Positions 11,101 through 24,100 of a DNA stretch of 64,000 bases are shown piece after piece; positions within the stretch are counted from its first letter, which is position 1; every line of letters begins with the position of its first letter. The stretch spans positions 47,058,001 to 47,122,000 of the forward strand of contig OZ024744.1 of NCBI GenBank assembly GCA_964016885.1, in the 5' to 3' direction. The position numbers and the translations under genes were made by a program. The notes beneath the pieces are model-generated. The model did not search any database, was not told the DNA's origin, and saw only the letters and a list, made by a program, of their open reading frames with translations. Source of the DNA: Eledone cirrhosa. Its lineage: Eukaryota.

Positions 11101-13680
11101 CACTTTACAGTGTGGGCTGGGTACTTTTTGCTGTGTCTTTCACACGTCCACTTTACAGTGTAGGCTGGGTGCTTTTTGCTGTGTCTTTCACATGTCCACT
11201 TTACAATGTAGGTTGGGTGCTTTTTGCTGTGTCTTTCACATGTCCACTTTACAGTGTGGGCTGGGTGCTTGTTGCTGTGTCTTTCTCACGTCCACTTTAC
11301 AGTGTGGGCTGGGTGCTTTTTGCTGTGTCTTTCACATGTCCACTTTATAGTGTGTGCTGTGTGCTTTTTGCTGTGTCTTTCACATGTCCACTTTACAATG
11401 TGAGCTGGGTGCTTTTTGCTGTGTCTTTCACATGTCACTTTACAGTGTGGGCTGGGTGCTTGTTGCTGTGTCTTTCACACGTCCACTTTACATTGTGGGC
11501 TGGGTGCTTGTTGCTGTCTTTCTCACGTCCACTTTACAGTGTGGGCTGGGTGCTTTTTGCTGTGTCTTTCACATGTCCACTTTACAGTGTGGGCTGGGTG
11601 CTTTTTTCAGTGTCTTTCACATGTCCACTTTACAGTGTGGGCTGGGCGCTTTTTGCAGTGTCTTTCAAACGTCAACTTTACAGTGTGGGCTGGGTGCTTT
11701 TTACTGTGTCTTTTCACATGTCCACTTTACAGTGTGGGCTGGGTGCTTGTTGCTGTGTCTTTCTCACGTCCACTTTACAGTGTGGGCTGGGTGCTTTTTG
11801 CTGTGTCTTTCACATGTCCACTTTACAGTGTGGGCTGGGTGCTTTTTTCAGTGTCTTTCACACGTCCACTTTACAGTGTGGGCTGGGAGCTTGTTGCTGT
11901 GTCTTTCTCACGTCCACTTTACAGTGTGGGCTGGGTGCTTTTTGCTGTGTCTTTCACATGTCCACTTTACAGTGTGGACTGGGTGCTTTTTGCAGTGTCT
12001 TTCACACGTCCACTTTACAGTGTGGGCTGGGTGCTTTTTGCTGTGTCTTTCACATGTCCACTTTACAGTGTGGGCTGGGTGCATTTTACTGTGTCTTTCA
12101 CATGTCCACTTTACAGTGTGGGCTGGGTGCTTTTTGCTGTGTCTTTCACATGTCCACTTTACAGTGTGGGCTGGGTGCTTTTTGCTGTGTCTTTCACATG
12201 TCCACTTTACAGTGTGGGCTTGGTGCTTTTTTCAGTGTCTTTCACATGTCCACTTCACGGTGTGGGCGGGGTGCTTTTTGCTGTGTCTTTCACATGTCCA
12301 CTTTACAATGTGGGCTGGGTGCTTTTTGCTGTGTCTTTCAAATGTCCACTTTACAATGTGGGCTGGGCGCTTTTTGCAGTGTCTTTCAAACGTCAACTTT
12401 ACAGTGTGGGCTGGGTGCTTTGTACTGTGTCTTCCATATGTCCACTTTACAGTGTGGGATGGGTGCGTTTTGCTGTGTCTTTCACATGTCCACTTTACAG
12501 TGTGGGCTGGGTGCTTTTTGCATTGTCTTTCACACGTCCACCTTACAGTGTGGGCTGGGTACTTTTTGCTGTGTCTTTCACACGTCCACTTTACAGTGTA
12601 GGCTGGGTGCTTTTTGCTGTGTCTTTCACATGTCCACTTTACAATGTAGGCTGGGTGCTTTTTGCTGTGTCTTTCACATGTCCACTTTACAGTGTGGGCT
12701 GGGTGCTTGTTGCTGTGTCTTTCTCACGTCCACTTTACAGTGTGGGCTGGGTGCTTTTTGCTGTGGCTTTCACATGTCCACTTTACAGTGTGGGCTGGGT
12801 GCTTTTTGCTGTGTCTTTCACATGTCCACTTTATAGTGTGGGCTGTGTGCTTTTTGCTGTGTCTTTCACATGTCCACTTTACAATGTGAGCTGGGTGCTT
12901 TTTGCTGTGTCTTTCACATGTCACTTTACAGTGTGGGCTGGGTGCTTGTTGCTGTGTCTTTCACACGTCCACTTTACATTGTGGGCTGGGTGCTTGTTGC
13001 TGTGTCTTTCTCACGTCCACTTTACAGTGTGGGCTGGGTGCTTTTTGCTGTGTCTTTCACATGTCCACTTTACAGTGTGGGCTGGGTGCTTTTTTCAGTG
13101 TCTTTCACATGTCCACTTTACAGTGTGGGCTGGGCGCTTTTTGCAGTGTCTTTCAAACGTCAACTTTACAGTGTGGGCTGGGTGCTTTTTACTGTGTCTT
13201 TTCACATGTCCACATTACAGTGTGGGCTGGGTGCTTGTTGCTGTGTCTTTCTCACGTCCACTTTACAGTGTGGGCTGGGTGCTTTTTGCTGTGTCTTTCA
13301 CATGTCCACTTTACAGTGTGGGCTGGGTGCTTTTTTCAGTGTCTTTCACACGTCCACTTTACAGTGTGGGCTGGGTGCTTGTTGCTGTGTCTTTCTCACG
13401 TCCACTTTACAGTGTGGGCTGGGTGCTTTTTGCTGTGTCTTTCACATGTCCACTTTACAGTGTGGACTGGGTGCTTTTTGCAGTGTCTTTCACACGTCCA
13501 CTTTACAGTGTGGGCTGGGTGCTTTTTGCTGTGTCTTTCACATGTCCACTTTACAGTGTGGGCTGGGTGCATTTTACTGTGTCTTTCACATGTCCACTTT
13601 ACAGTGTGGGCTGGGTGCTTTTTGCTGTGTCTTTCACATGTCCACTTTACAGTGTGGGCTGGGTGCTTTTTGCTGTGTCT
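8140..13680. repeat. Higher-order repeat: about four tandem copies of a 31-monomer (1488 bp) unit, one shortened to 23 monomers
   Basis: The diagnostic 1-bp deletion ATGTCACTTT lies at 8841, 10329, 11432 and 12918 (spacings 1488, 1103, 1486). Each copy shares GTCTTTTCAC, CTTCCATATG and GGGATGGGTGCG. Confidence 0.9.
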
Positions 13681-16600
13681 TTCACATGTCCAATTTACAG
13701 TGTAGGCTGGGTGCTTTTTGCAGTGTCTTTCACACGTCCACTTTACAGTGTAGGCTGGGTGCTTTTTGCTTGTCTTTCACATGTCCACTTTACAGTGTGG
13801 GCTGGGGGCTTTTTGCTGTGTCTTTCACATGTCCACTACACAGTGTGGGCTGGGTGCTTTTTGCTGTGTCTTTCACATGTCCACTTCACAGTGTGGGCTG
13901 TGTGCTTTTGCTGTGTCTTTCACATGTCCACTTTACAGTGTGGGCTGGGTGCTTGTTGCGGTGTCTTTCTCACGTCCACTTTACAGTGTGGGCTGGGTGC
14001 TTTTTGCTGTGTCTTTCACATGTCTACTTTACAGTGTGGGCTGGGTGCTTTTTTCAGTGTCTTTCACACGTCCACTTTACAGTGTGGGCTGGGTGCTTTT
14101 TGCTGTGTCTTTCACATGTCCACTTTACAGTGTGGGCTGGGTGATTTTTGCTGTGTCTTTCACATGTCCACTTTACAGTGTGGGCTGGGTGCTTTTTACA
14201 GTGTCTTTCACACGTCCACTTTACAGTGTGGGCTGGGGGCTTTTTGCTGTGTCTTTCACACGTCAACTTTACAGTGTGGGCTGGGTGCTTTTTGCTGTGT
14301 CTTTCACATATCCACTTTACAGTGTGGGCTGTGTGCTTTTTGCAGTGTCTTTCACACGTCCACTTAATAGTGTGGGCTGGGTGATTTTTGCTGTGTCTTT
14401 CACATGTCCACTTTACAGTGTGGGCTCGGTGCTTTTTGCAGTGTCTTTCACACGTCCACTTTACAGTGTGGGCTGGGTGCTTTTTGTTGTGTCTTTCACA
14501 TGTCCACTTTACAGTGTGGGCTGGGTGCTTTTTGCTGTGTCTTTCACATATCCATTTTACAGTGTGGGCTGGGTGCTTTTTGCTGAGTCTTTCACACGTC
14601 CACTTTACAGTGTGGGCTGGGTGCTTTTTGCTGTGTCTTTCACACGTCCACTTTACAGTGTGGGCTGGGTGCTTTTGCTGTGTCTTTTACATGTCCACTT
14701 TACAATGTGGGCTGGGTGCTTTTTGCTGTGTCTTTCACATGTCCACTTTACAATGTGAGCTGGGTGCTTTTTGCTGTGTCTTTCACATGTCCACTTTACA
14801 GTGTGGGCTGGGTGCTTTTTTCAGTGTCTTTCACACGTCCACTTTACATTGTGGGCTGGGTGCTTGTTGCTGTGTGTTTCACAAGTCCACTTTACAGTGT
14901 GGGCTGGGTGCTTTTTGCTGTGTCTTTCACATGTCCACTTCACAGTGTGGGCTGGGTGCTTTTTGCTGTGTCTTTCACATGTCCACTTTACAGTGTGGGC
15001 TGGGTGCTTGTTGATGTGTCTTTCTCACGTCCACTTTACAGCGTGGGCTGCGTGCTTTTTGCTGTGTCTTTCACATGTCCACTTTAAGTGTGGGCTGGGT
15101 GCTTTTTTCAGTGTCTTTCACACGTCCACTTTACAGTGTGGGCTGGGTGCTTTTTGCTGTGTCTTTCACATATCCACTTTACAGTGTGGGCTGGGTGCTT
15201 TTTGCTGTGTCTTTCACATGTCCACTTCACAGTGTGGGCTGGGTGCTTTTTGCTGTGTCTTTCACATGTCCACTTTACAATTTGGGCTGGGTGCTTTTTG
15301 CTGTGTCTTTCACATGTCCACTTTACAATGTGGGCTGGGTGCTTTTTGCTGTGTCTTTCACATGTCTACTTTACAGTTTGGGTTGAGCGCTTTTTGCAGT
15401 GTCTTTCACACGTCCACTTTACAGTGTGGGCTGGGTGCTTGTTGCTGTGTCTTTCACATATCCACTTTACAGTGTGGGCTGGGTGCTTTTTGCTGTGTCT
15501 TTCACATGTCCACTTTACAGTGTGGGCTGGGTGCTTTTTTCAGTGTCTTTCACATGTCCACTTTACAGTGTGGGCTGGGCGCTTTTTGCAGTGTCTTTCA
15601 AACGTCAACTTTACAGTGTGGGCTGGGTGCTTTTTACTGTGTCTTTCTCACGTCCACTTTACAGTGTGGGCTGGGTGCTTTTTGCTGTGTCTTTCACATG
15701 TCCACTTTACAGTGTGGGCTGGGTGCTTTTTTCAGTGTCTTTCACACGTCCACTTTACAGTGTAGGCTGGGTGCTTGTTGCTGTGTCTTTCTCACGTCCA
15801 CTTTACAGTGTGGGCTGGGTGCTTTTTGCAGTGTCTTTCACATGTCCACTTTACAGTGTGGACTGGGTGCTTTTTGCAGTGTCTTTCACACGTCCACTTT
15901 ACAGTGTGGGTTGGGTGCTTTTTGCTGTGTCTTTCACATGTCCACTTTACAGTGTGGGCTGGGTGCTTTTTACTGTGTCTTTCACATGTCCACTTTACAG
16001 TGTGGGCTGGGTGCTTTTTGCTGTGTCTTTCACATGTCCACTTTACAGTGTGGGCTGGGTGCTTTTTGCTGTGTCTTTCACATGTCCAATTTACAGTGTA
16101 GGCTGGGTGCTTTTTGCAGTGTCTTTCACACGTCCACTTTACAGTGTAGGCTGGGTGCTTTTTGCTGTGTCTTTCACATGTCCACTTTACAGTGTGGGCT
16201 GGGTGCTTTTTGCTGTGTCTTTCACATGTCCACTTCACAGTGTGGGCTGGGTGCTTTTTGCTGTGTCTTTCACATGTCCACTTTACAGTGTGGGCTGTGT
16301 GCTTTTGCTGTGTCTTTCACATGTCCACTTTACAGTGTGGGCTGGGTGCTTGTTGCTGTGTCTTTCTCACGTCCACTTTACAGTGTGGGCTGGGTGCTTT
16401 TTGCTGTGTCTTTCACATGTCTACTTTACAGTGTGGGCTGGGTGCTTTTTTCAGTGTCTTTCACACGTCCACTTTACAGTGTGGGCTGGGTGCTTTTTGC
16501 TGTGTCTTTCACATGTCCACTTTACAGTGTGGGCTGGGTGATTTTTGCTGTGTCTTTCACATGTCCACTTTACAGTGTGGGCTGGGTGCTTTTTGCAGTG

Positions 16601-19019
16601 TCTTTCACACGTCCACTTTACAGTGTGGGCTGGGTGCTTTTTGCTGTGTCTTTCACACGTCAACTTTACAGTGTGGGCTGCGTGCTTTTTGCTGTGTCTT
16701 TCACATATCCACTTTACAGTGTGGGCTGTGTGCTTTTTGCAGTGTCTTTCACACGTCCACTTAACAGTGTGGGCTGGGTGATTTTTGCTGTGTCTTTCAC
16801 ATGTCCACTTTTCAGTGTGGGCTCGGTGCATTTTGCAGTGTCTTTCACACGTCCACTTTACAGTGTGGGCTGGGTGCTTTTTGTTGTGTCTTTCACATGT
16901 CCACTTTACAGTGTGGGCTGGGTGCTTTTTGCTGTGTCTTTCACATATCCATTTTACAGTGTGGGCTGGGTGCTTTTTGCTGAGTCTTTCACACGTCCAC
17001 TTTACAGTGTGGGCTGGGTGCTTTTTGCTGTGTCTTTCACACGTCCACTTTACAGTGTGGGCTGGGTGCTTTTGCTGTGTCCTTCACATGTCCACTTTAC
17101 AATGTGGGCTGGGTGCTTTTTGCTGTTTCTTTCACATGTCCACTTTACAATGTGAGCTGGGTACTTTTTGCTGTGTCTTTCACATGTCCACTTTACAGTG
17201 TGGGCTGGGTGCTTTTTTCAGTGTCTTTCACACGTCCACATTACATTGTGGGCTGGGTGCTTGTTGCTGTGTCTTTCTCACGACCACTTTACAGTGTGGG
17301 CTGGGCGCTTTTTGCAATGTCTTTCAAACGTCAACTTTACAGTGTGGGCTGGGTGCTTGTTGCTGTGTCTTTCTCACGTCCACTTTACAGTGTGGGCTGG
17401 GTGCTTTTTTCAGTGTCTTTCACACGTCCACTTTACAGTGTGGGCTGGGTGCTTGTTGCTGTGTCTTTCTCACGTCCACTTTACAGTGTGGGCTGGGTGC
17501 TTTTTGCTGTGTCTTTCACATGTCCACTTTAAGTGTGGGCTGGGTGCTTTTTTCAGTGTCTTTCACACGTCCACTTTACAGTGTGGGCTGGGTGCTTTTT
17601 GCTGTGTCTTTCACATGTCTACTTTACAGTTTGGGTTGAGCGCTTTTTGCAGTGTCTTTCACACGTCCACTTTACAGTGTGGGCTGGGAGCTTTTTGCTG
17701 TGTCTTTCACATGTCCACTTTACAGTGTGGGCTGGGTGCTTTTTGCAGTGTCTTTTACATGTCCACTTCACAGTGTGGGCTGGGTGCTTTTTGCTGTGTC
17801 TTTCAGATGTCCACTTTACAATGTGGGCTGGGTGCTTTTTGCTGTGTCTTTCACATGTCCACTTTACAATGTGGGATGGGTGCTTTTGGCTGTGTCTTTC
17901 ACATGTCCACTTTACAGTGTGGGCTGGGTGCTTTTTTCAGTGTCTTTCACACGTCCACATTACATTGTGGGCTGGGTTTTTGTTGCTGTGTCTTTCTCAC
18001 GACCACTTTACAGTTTGGGCTGGGTGCTTTTTGCTGTGTCTTTCACATGTCCACTTTACAGTGTGGGCTGGGTGCTTTTTTCAGTGTCTTTCACATGTCC
18101 ACTTTACAGTGTGGGCTGGGCGCTTTTTGCAATGTCTTTCAAACGTCAACTTTACAGTGTGGGCTGGGTGCTTGTTGCTGTGTCTTTCTCACGTCCACTT
18201 TACAGTGTGGGCTGGGTGCTTTTTTCAGTGTCTTTCACACGTCCACTTTACAGTGTGGGCTGGGTGCTTGTTGCTGTGTCTTTCACATGTCCACTTTAAG
18301 TGTGGGCTGGGTGCTTTTTTCAGTGTCTTTCACACGTCCACTTTACAGTGTGGGCTGGGTGCTTTTTGCTGTGTCTTTCACATATCCACTTTACAGTGTG
18401 GGCTGGGTGCTTTTTGCTGTGTCTTTCACATGTCCACTTCACAGTGTGGGCTGGGTGCTTTTTGCTGTGTCTTTCACATGTCCACTTTACAATATGGGCT
18501 GGGTGCTTTTTGCTGTGTCTTTCACATGTCCACTTTATATGTGGGCTGGGTGCTTTTTGCTGTGTCTTTCACATGTCTACTTTACAGTTTGGGTTGAGCG
18601 CTTTTTGCAGTGTCTTTCACACGTCCACTTTACAGTGTGGGCTGGGAGCTTTTTGCTGTGTCTTTCACATGTCCACTTTACAGTGTGGGCTGGGTGCTTT
18701 TTGCAGTGTCTTTTACATGTCCACTTCACAGTGTGGGCTGGGTGCTTTTTGCTGTGTCTTTCAGATGTCCACTTTACAATGTGGGCTGGGTGCTTTTTGC
18801 TGTGTCTTTCACATGTCCACTTTACAATGTGGGATGGGTGCTTTTGGCTGTGTCTTTCACATGTCCACTTTACAGTGTGGGCTGGGCGCTTTTGGCAGTG
18901 TCTTTCACACGTTAACTTTACAGATTGGGCTGGGTGCATTTTACTGTCTCTTTCACATGTCCACTTTACAGTGTGGACTGGGTGCTTTTTGCTGTGTCTT
19001 TCACATGTCCACTTTACAG

Positions 19020-21170
19020 TGTGAGCTGGGTGTTTTTGCTGTGTCTTTCACATGTCCACTTTACAGTGTGGGCTGGGTGCATTTTGCAGTGTCTTTCACA
19101 CGTCCACTTTACAGTGTGGGCTGGGTGCTTTTTGTTGTGTCTTTCACACGTCCACTTTACAGTGTGGGCTGGGTGCTTTTTGCTGTGTCTTTCACATGTC
19201 CACTTTACAGTGTGGGCTGGGTGCTTTTTGCTGTGTCTTTCACATGTCCACTTTACAATGTGCGCCTTGTCCTTTTTGCTGTGTCTTTCACATGTCCACT
19301 TTACAGTGTGGGCTGGGTGCTTGTTGCTGTGTCTTTCACATGTCCACTTTACAGTTTGGGTTGAGCGCTTTTTGCTGTGTCTTTCACACGTCAACTTTAC
19401 AGTGTGGGCTGGGTGCTTTTTACTGTGTCTTTCACATGTACACTTTACAGTGTGGGCTGGGTGCTTTTTGCTGTGTCTTTCACATGTCCACTTTACAGTG
19501 TGGGCTGGGTGCTTTTTGCAGTGTCCTTCACACGTCCACTTTACAGTGTGGGCTGGGTGCATTTTGCCGTGTCTTTCACATGTCCACTTTACAGTGTGGG
19601 CTGTGTGCTTTTTGCAGTGTCTTTCACACGTCAACTCTACAGTGTGGGCTGGGTGCTTTTTGCTGTGTCTTTCACATGTCCACTTCACAGTGTGGGCTGG
19701 GTGCTTTTTGCTGTGTCTTTCACATGTCCACTTTACAGTGTGGGCTGGGTGCTTTTTGCTGTGTCTTTCACATGTCCACTTTACAGTGTGGGCTTGGTGC
19801 TTTTTTCAGTGTCTTTCACATGTCCACTTCACTGTGTGGGCGGGGTGCTTTTTGCTGTGTCTTTCACATGTCCACTTTACAATGTGGGCTGGGTGCTTTT
19901 TGCTGTGTCTTTCCAATGTCCACTTTACAATGTGGGCTGGGCGCTTTTTGCAGTGTCTTTCAAACGTCAACTTTACAGTGTGGGCTGGGTGCTTTGTACT
20001 GTGTCTTCCACATGTCCACTTTACAGTGTGGGCTGGGTGCGTTTTGCTGTGTCTTTCACATGTCCACTTTACAGTGTGGGCTGGGTGCTTTTTGCTGTGT
20101 CTTTCACACGTCCACTTTACAGTGTGAGCTGGGTGTTTTTGCTGTGTCTTTCACATGTCCACTTTACAGTGTGGGCTGGGTGCATTTTGCAGTGTCTTTC
20201 ACACGTCCACTTTACAGTGTGGGCTGGGTGCTTTTTGTTGTGTCTTTCACACGTCCACTTTACAGTGTGGGCTGGGTGCTTTTTGCTGTGTCTTTCACAT
20301 GTCCACTTTACAATGTGCGCCTTGTGCTTTTTGCTGTGTCTTTCACATGTCCACTTTACAGTGTGGGCTGGGTGCTTGTTGCTGTGTCTTTCACATGTCC
20401 ACTTTACAGTTTGGGTTGAGCGCTTTTTGCTGTGTCTTTCACACGTCAACTTTACAGTGTGGGCTGGGTGCTTTTTACTGTGTCTTTCACATGTACACTT
20501 TACAGTGTGGGCTGGGTGCTTTTTGCTGTGTCTTTCACATGTCCACTTTACAGTGTGGGCTGGGTGCTTTTTGCAGTGTCCTTCACACGTCCACTTTACA
20601 GTGTGGGCTGGGTGCATTTTGCCGTGTCTTTCACATGTCCACTTTACAGTGTGGGCTGTGTGCGTTTTGCAGTGTCTTTCACACGTCAACTCTACAGTGT
20701 GGGCTGGGTGCTTTTTGCTGTGTCTTTCACATGTCCACTTCACAGTGTGGGCTGGGTGCTTTTTGCTGTGTCTTTCACATGTCCACTTTACAGTGTGGGC
20801 TGGGTGCTTTTTGCTGTGTCTTTCACATGTCCACTTTACAGTGTGGGCTTGGTGCTTTTTTCAGTGTCTTTCACATGTCCACTTCACTGTGTGGGCGGGG
20901 TGCTTTTTGCTGTGTCTTTCACATGTCCACTTTACAATGTGGGCTGGGTGCTTTTTGCTGTGTCTTTCCAATGTCCACTTTACAATGTGGGCTGGGCGCT
21001 TTTTGCAGTGTCTTTCAAACGTCAACTTTACAGTGTGGGCTGGGTGCTTTGTACTGTGTCTTCCACATGTCCACTTTACAGTGTGGGCTGGGTGCGTTTT
21101 GCTGTGTCTTTCACATGTCCACTTTACAGTGTGGGCTGGGTGCTTTTTGCTGTGTCTTTCACACGTCCAC
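19020..21170. repeat. Tandem duplication of about 22 monomers (offset 1055 bp)
   Basis: Private variants CAACTCTAC, CTTTCCAATG and GCATTTTGCCG occur in both copies. ORF starts 19377/20432 and ends 20127/21182 differ by 1055. Confidence 0.88.
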
Positions 21171-24100
21171 TTTACAGTGTAGGCTGGGTGCTTTTTGCTG
21201 TGTCTTTCACATGTCCACTTTACAATGTGAGCTGGGTGCTTTTTGCTGTGTCTTTCACATGTCCACTTTACAGTGTGGGCTGGGTGCTTGTTGCTGTGTC
21301 TTTCTCACGTCCACTTTACAGTGTGGGCTGGGTGCTTTTTGCTGTGGCTTTCACATGTCCACTTTACAGTGTGGGCTGGGTGCTTTTTGCTGTGTCTTTC
21401 ACATGTCCACTTTATAGTGTGGGCTGGGTGCTTTTTGCTGTGTCTTTCACATGTCCACTTTACAATGTGAGCTGGGTGTTTTTGCTGTGTCTTTCACATG
21501 TCCACTTTACAGTGTGGGCTGGGTGCTTGTTGCTGTGTCTTTCTCACGTCCACTTTACAGTGTGGGCTGGGTGCATTTTGCTGTGGCTTTCACATGTCCA
21601 CTTTACAGTGTGGGCTGGGTGCTTTTTGCTGTGTCTTTCACATGTCCACTTCACAGTGTGGGCTGGGTGCTTTTTGCTGTGTCTTTCACATGTCCACTTT
21701 AAAATGTGGGCTGGCTGCTTTTTGCTGTGTCTTTCACATGTCCACTTTACAATGTGGGCTGGGTGCTTTTTGCTGTGTCTTTCACATGTCTACTTTACAG
21801 TTTGGGTTGAGCGCTTTTTGCAGTGTCTTTCACACGTCCACTTTACAGTGTGGGCTGGGAGCTTTTTGCTGTGTCTTTCACATGTCCACTTTACAGTGTG
21901 GGCTGGGTGCTTTTTGCTGTGTCTTTTACATGTCCACTTCACAGTGTGGGCTGGGTGCTTCTTGCTGTGTCTTTCAGATGTCCACTTTACAATGTGGGCT
22001 GGGTGCTTTTTGCTGTGTCTTTCACATGTCCACTTTACAATGTGGGCTGGGTGCTTTTTGCTGTGTCTTTCACATGTCCACTTTACAGTGTGGGCTGGGC
22101 GCTTTTGGCAGTGTCTTTCACACGTTAACTTTACAGATTGGGCTGGGTGCATTTTACTGTCTCTTTCACATGTCCACTTTACAGTGTGGTCTGGGTGCTT
22201 TTTGCTGTGTCTTTCACATGTCCACTTTACAGTGTGAGCTGGGTGTTTTTGCTGTGTCTTTCACATGTCCACTTTACAGTGTGGGCTGGGTGCATTTTGC
22301 AGTGTCTTTCACACGTCCACTTTACAGTGTGGGCTGGGTGCTTTTTGCTGTGTCTTTCACACGTCCACTTTACAGTGTGGGCTGGGTGCTTTTTGCTGTG
22401 TCTTTCACATGTCCACTTTACAGTGTGGGCTGAGTGCTTTTTGCTGTGTCCTTCACATGTCCACTTTACAATGTGCGCCTTGTGCTTTTTGATGTGTCTT
22501 TCACATGTCCACTTTACAGTGTGGGCTGGGTGCTTGTTGCTGTGTCTTTCACATGTCCACTTTACAGTTTGGGTTGAGCGCTTTTTGCAGTGTCTTTCAC
22601 ACGTCAACTTTACAGTGTGGGCTGGGTGCTTTTTACTGTGTCTTTCACATGTCCACTTTACAGTGTGGGCTGGGTGCTTTTTGCTGTGTCTTTCACATGT
22701 CCACTTTACAGTGTGGGCTGGGTGCTTTTTGCAGTGTCCTTCACACGTCCACTTTACAGTGTGGGCTGGGTGCTTTTTGCTGTGTCTTTCACACGTCCAC
22801 TTTACAGTGTGGGCTGGGTGCTTTTTGCCGTGTCTTTCACATGTCCACTTTACAGTGTGGGCTGTGTGCTTTTTGCAGTGTCTTTCACACGTCAACTTTA
22901 CAGTGTGGGCTGGGTGCTTTTTGCTGTGTCTTTCACATGTCCACTTCACAGTGTGGGCTGGGTGCTTTTTGCTGTGTCTTTCACATGTCCACTTTACAGT
23001 GTGGGCTGGGTGCTTTTTGCTGTGTCTTTCACATGTCCACTTTACAGTGTGGGCTTGGTGCTTTTTTCAGTGTCTTTCACATGTCCACTTCACGGTGTGG
23101 GCGGGGTGCTTTTTGCTGTGTCTTTCACATGTCCACTTTACAATGTGGGCTGGGTGCTTTTTGCTGTGTCTTTCAAATGTCCACGTTACAATGTGGGCTG
23201 GGCGCTTTTTGCAGTGTCTTTCAAACGTCAACTTTACAGTGTGGGCTGGATGCTTTCTACTGTGTCTTCCACATGTCCACTTTACAGTGTGGGCTGGGTG
23301 CGTTTTGCTGTGTCTTTCACATGTCCACTTTACAGTGTGGGCTGGGTGCTTTTTGCATTGTCTTTCACACGTCCACTTTACAGTGTGGGCTGGGTACTTT
23401 TTGCTGTGTCTTCCACACGTCCACTTTACAGTGTAGGCTGGGTGCTTTTTGCTGTGTCTTTCACACGTCAACTTTACAGTGTGGGCTGGGTGCTTTTTGC
23501 TGTGTCTTTCACATATCCACTTTACAGTGTGGGCTGTGTGATTTTTGCAGTGTCTTTCACACGTCCACTTAACAGTGTGGGCTGGGTGATTTTTGCTGTG
23601 TCTTTCACATGTCCACTTTACAGTGTGGGCTCGGTGCTTTTTGCAGTGTCTTTCACACGTCCACTTTACAGTGTGGGCTGGGTGCTTTTTGTTGTGTCTT
23701 TCACATGTCCACTTTACAGTGTGGGCTGGGTGCTTTTTGCTGTGTCTTTCACATATCCATTTTACAGTGTGGGCTGGGTGCTTTTTGCTGAGTCTTTCAC
23801 ACGTCCACTTTACAGTGTGGGCTGGGTGCTTTTTGCTGTGTCTTTCACACGTCCACTTTACAGTGTGGGCTGGGTGCTTTTGCTGTGTCTTTCACATGTC
23901 CACTTTACAATGTGGGCTGGGTGCTTTTTGCTGTGTCTTTCACATGTCCACTTTACAATGTGAGCTGGGTGCTTTTTGCTGTGTCTTTCACATGTCCACT
24001 TTACAGTGTGGGCTGGGTGCTTTTTTCAGTGTCTTTCACACGTCCACATTACATTGTGGGCTGGGTGCTTGTTGCTGTGTCTTTCTCACGACCACTTTAC

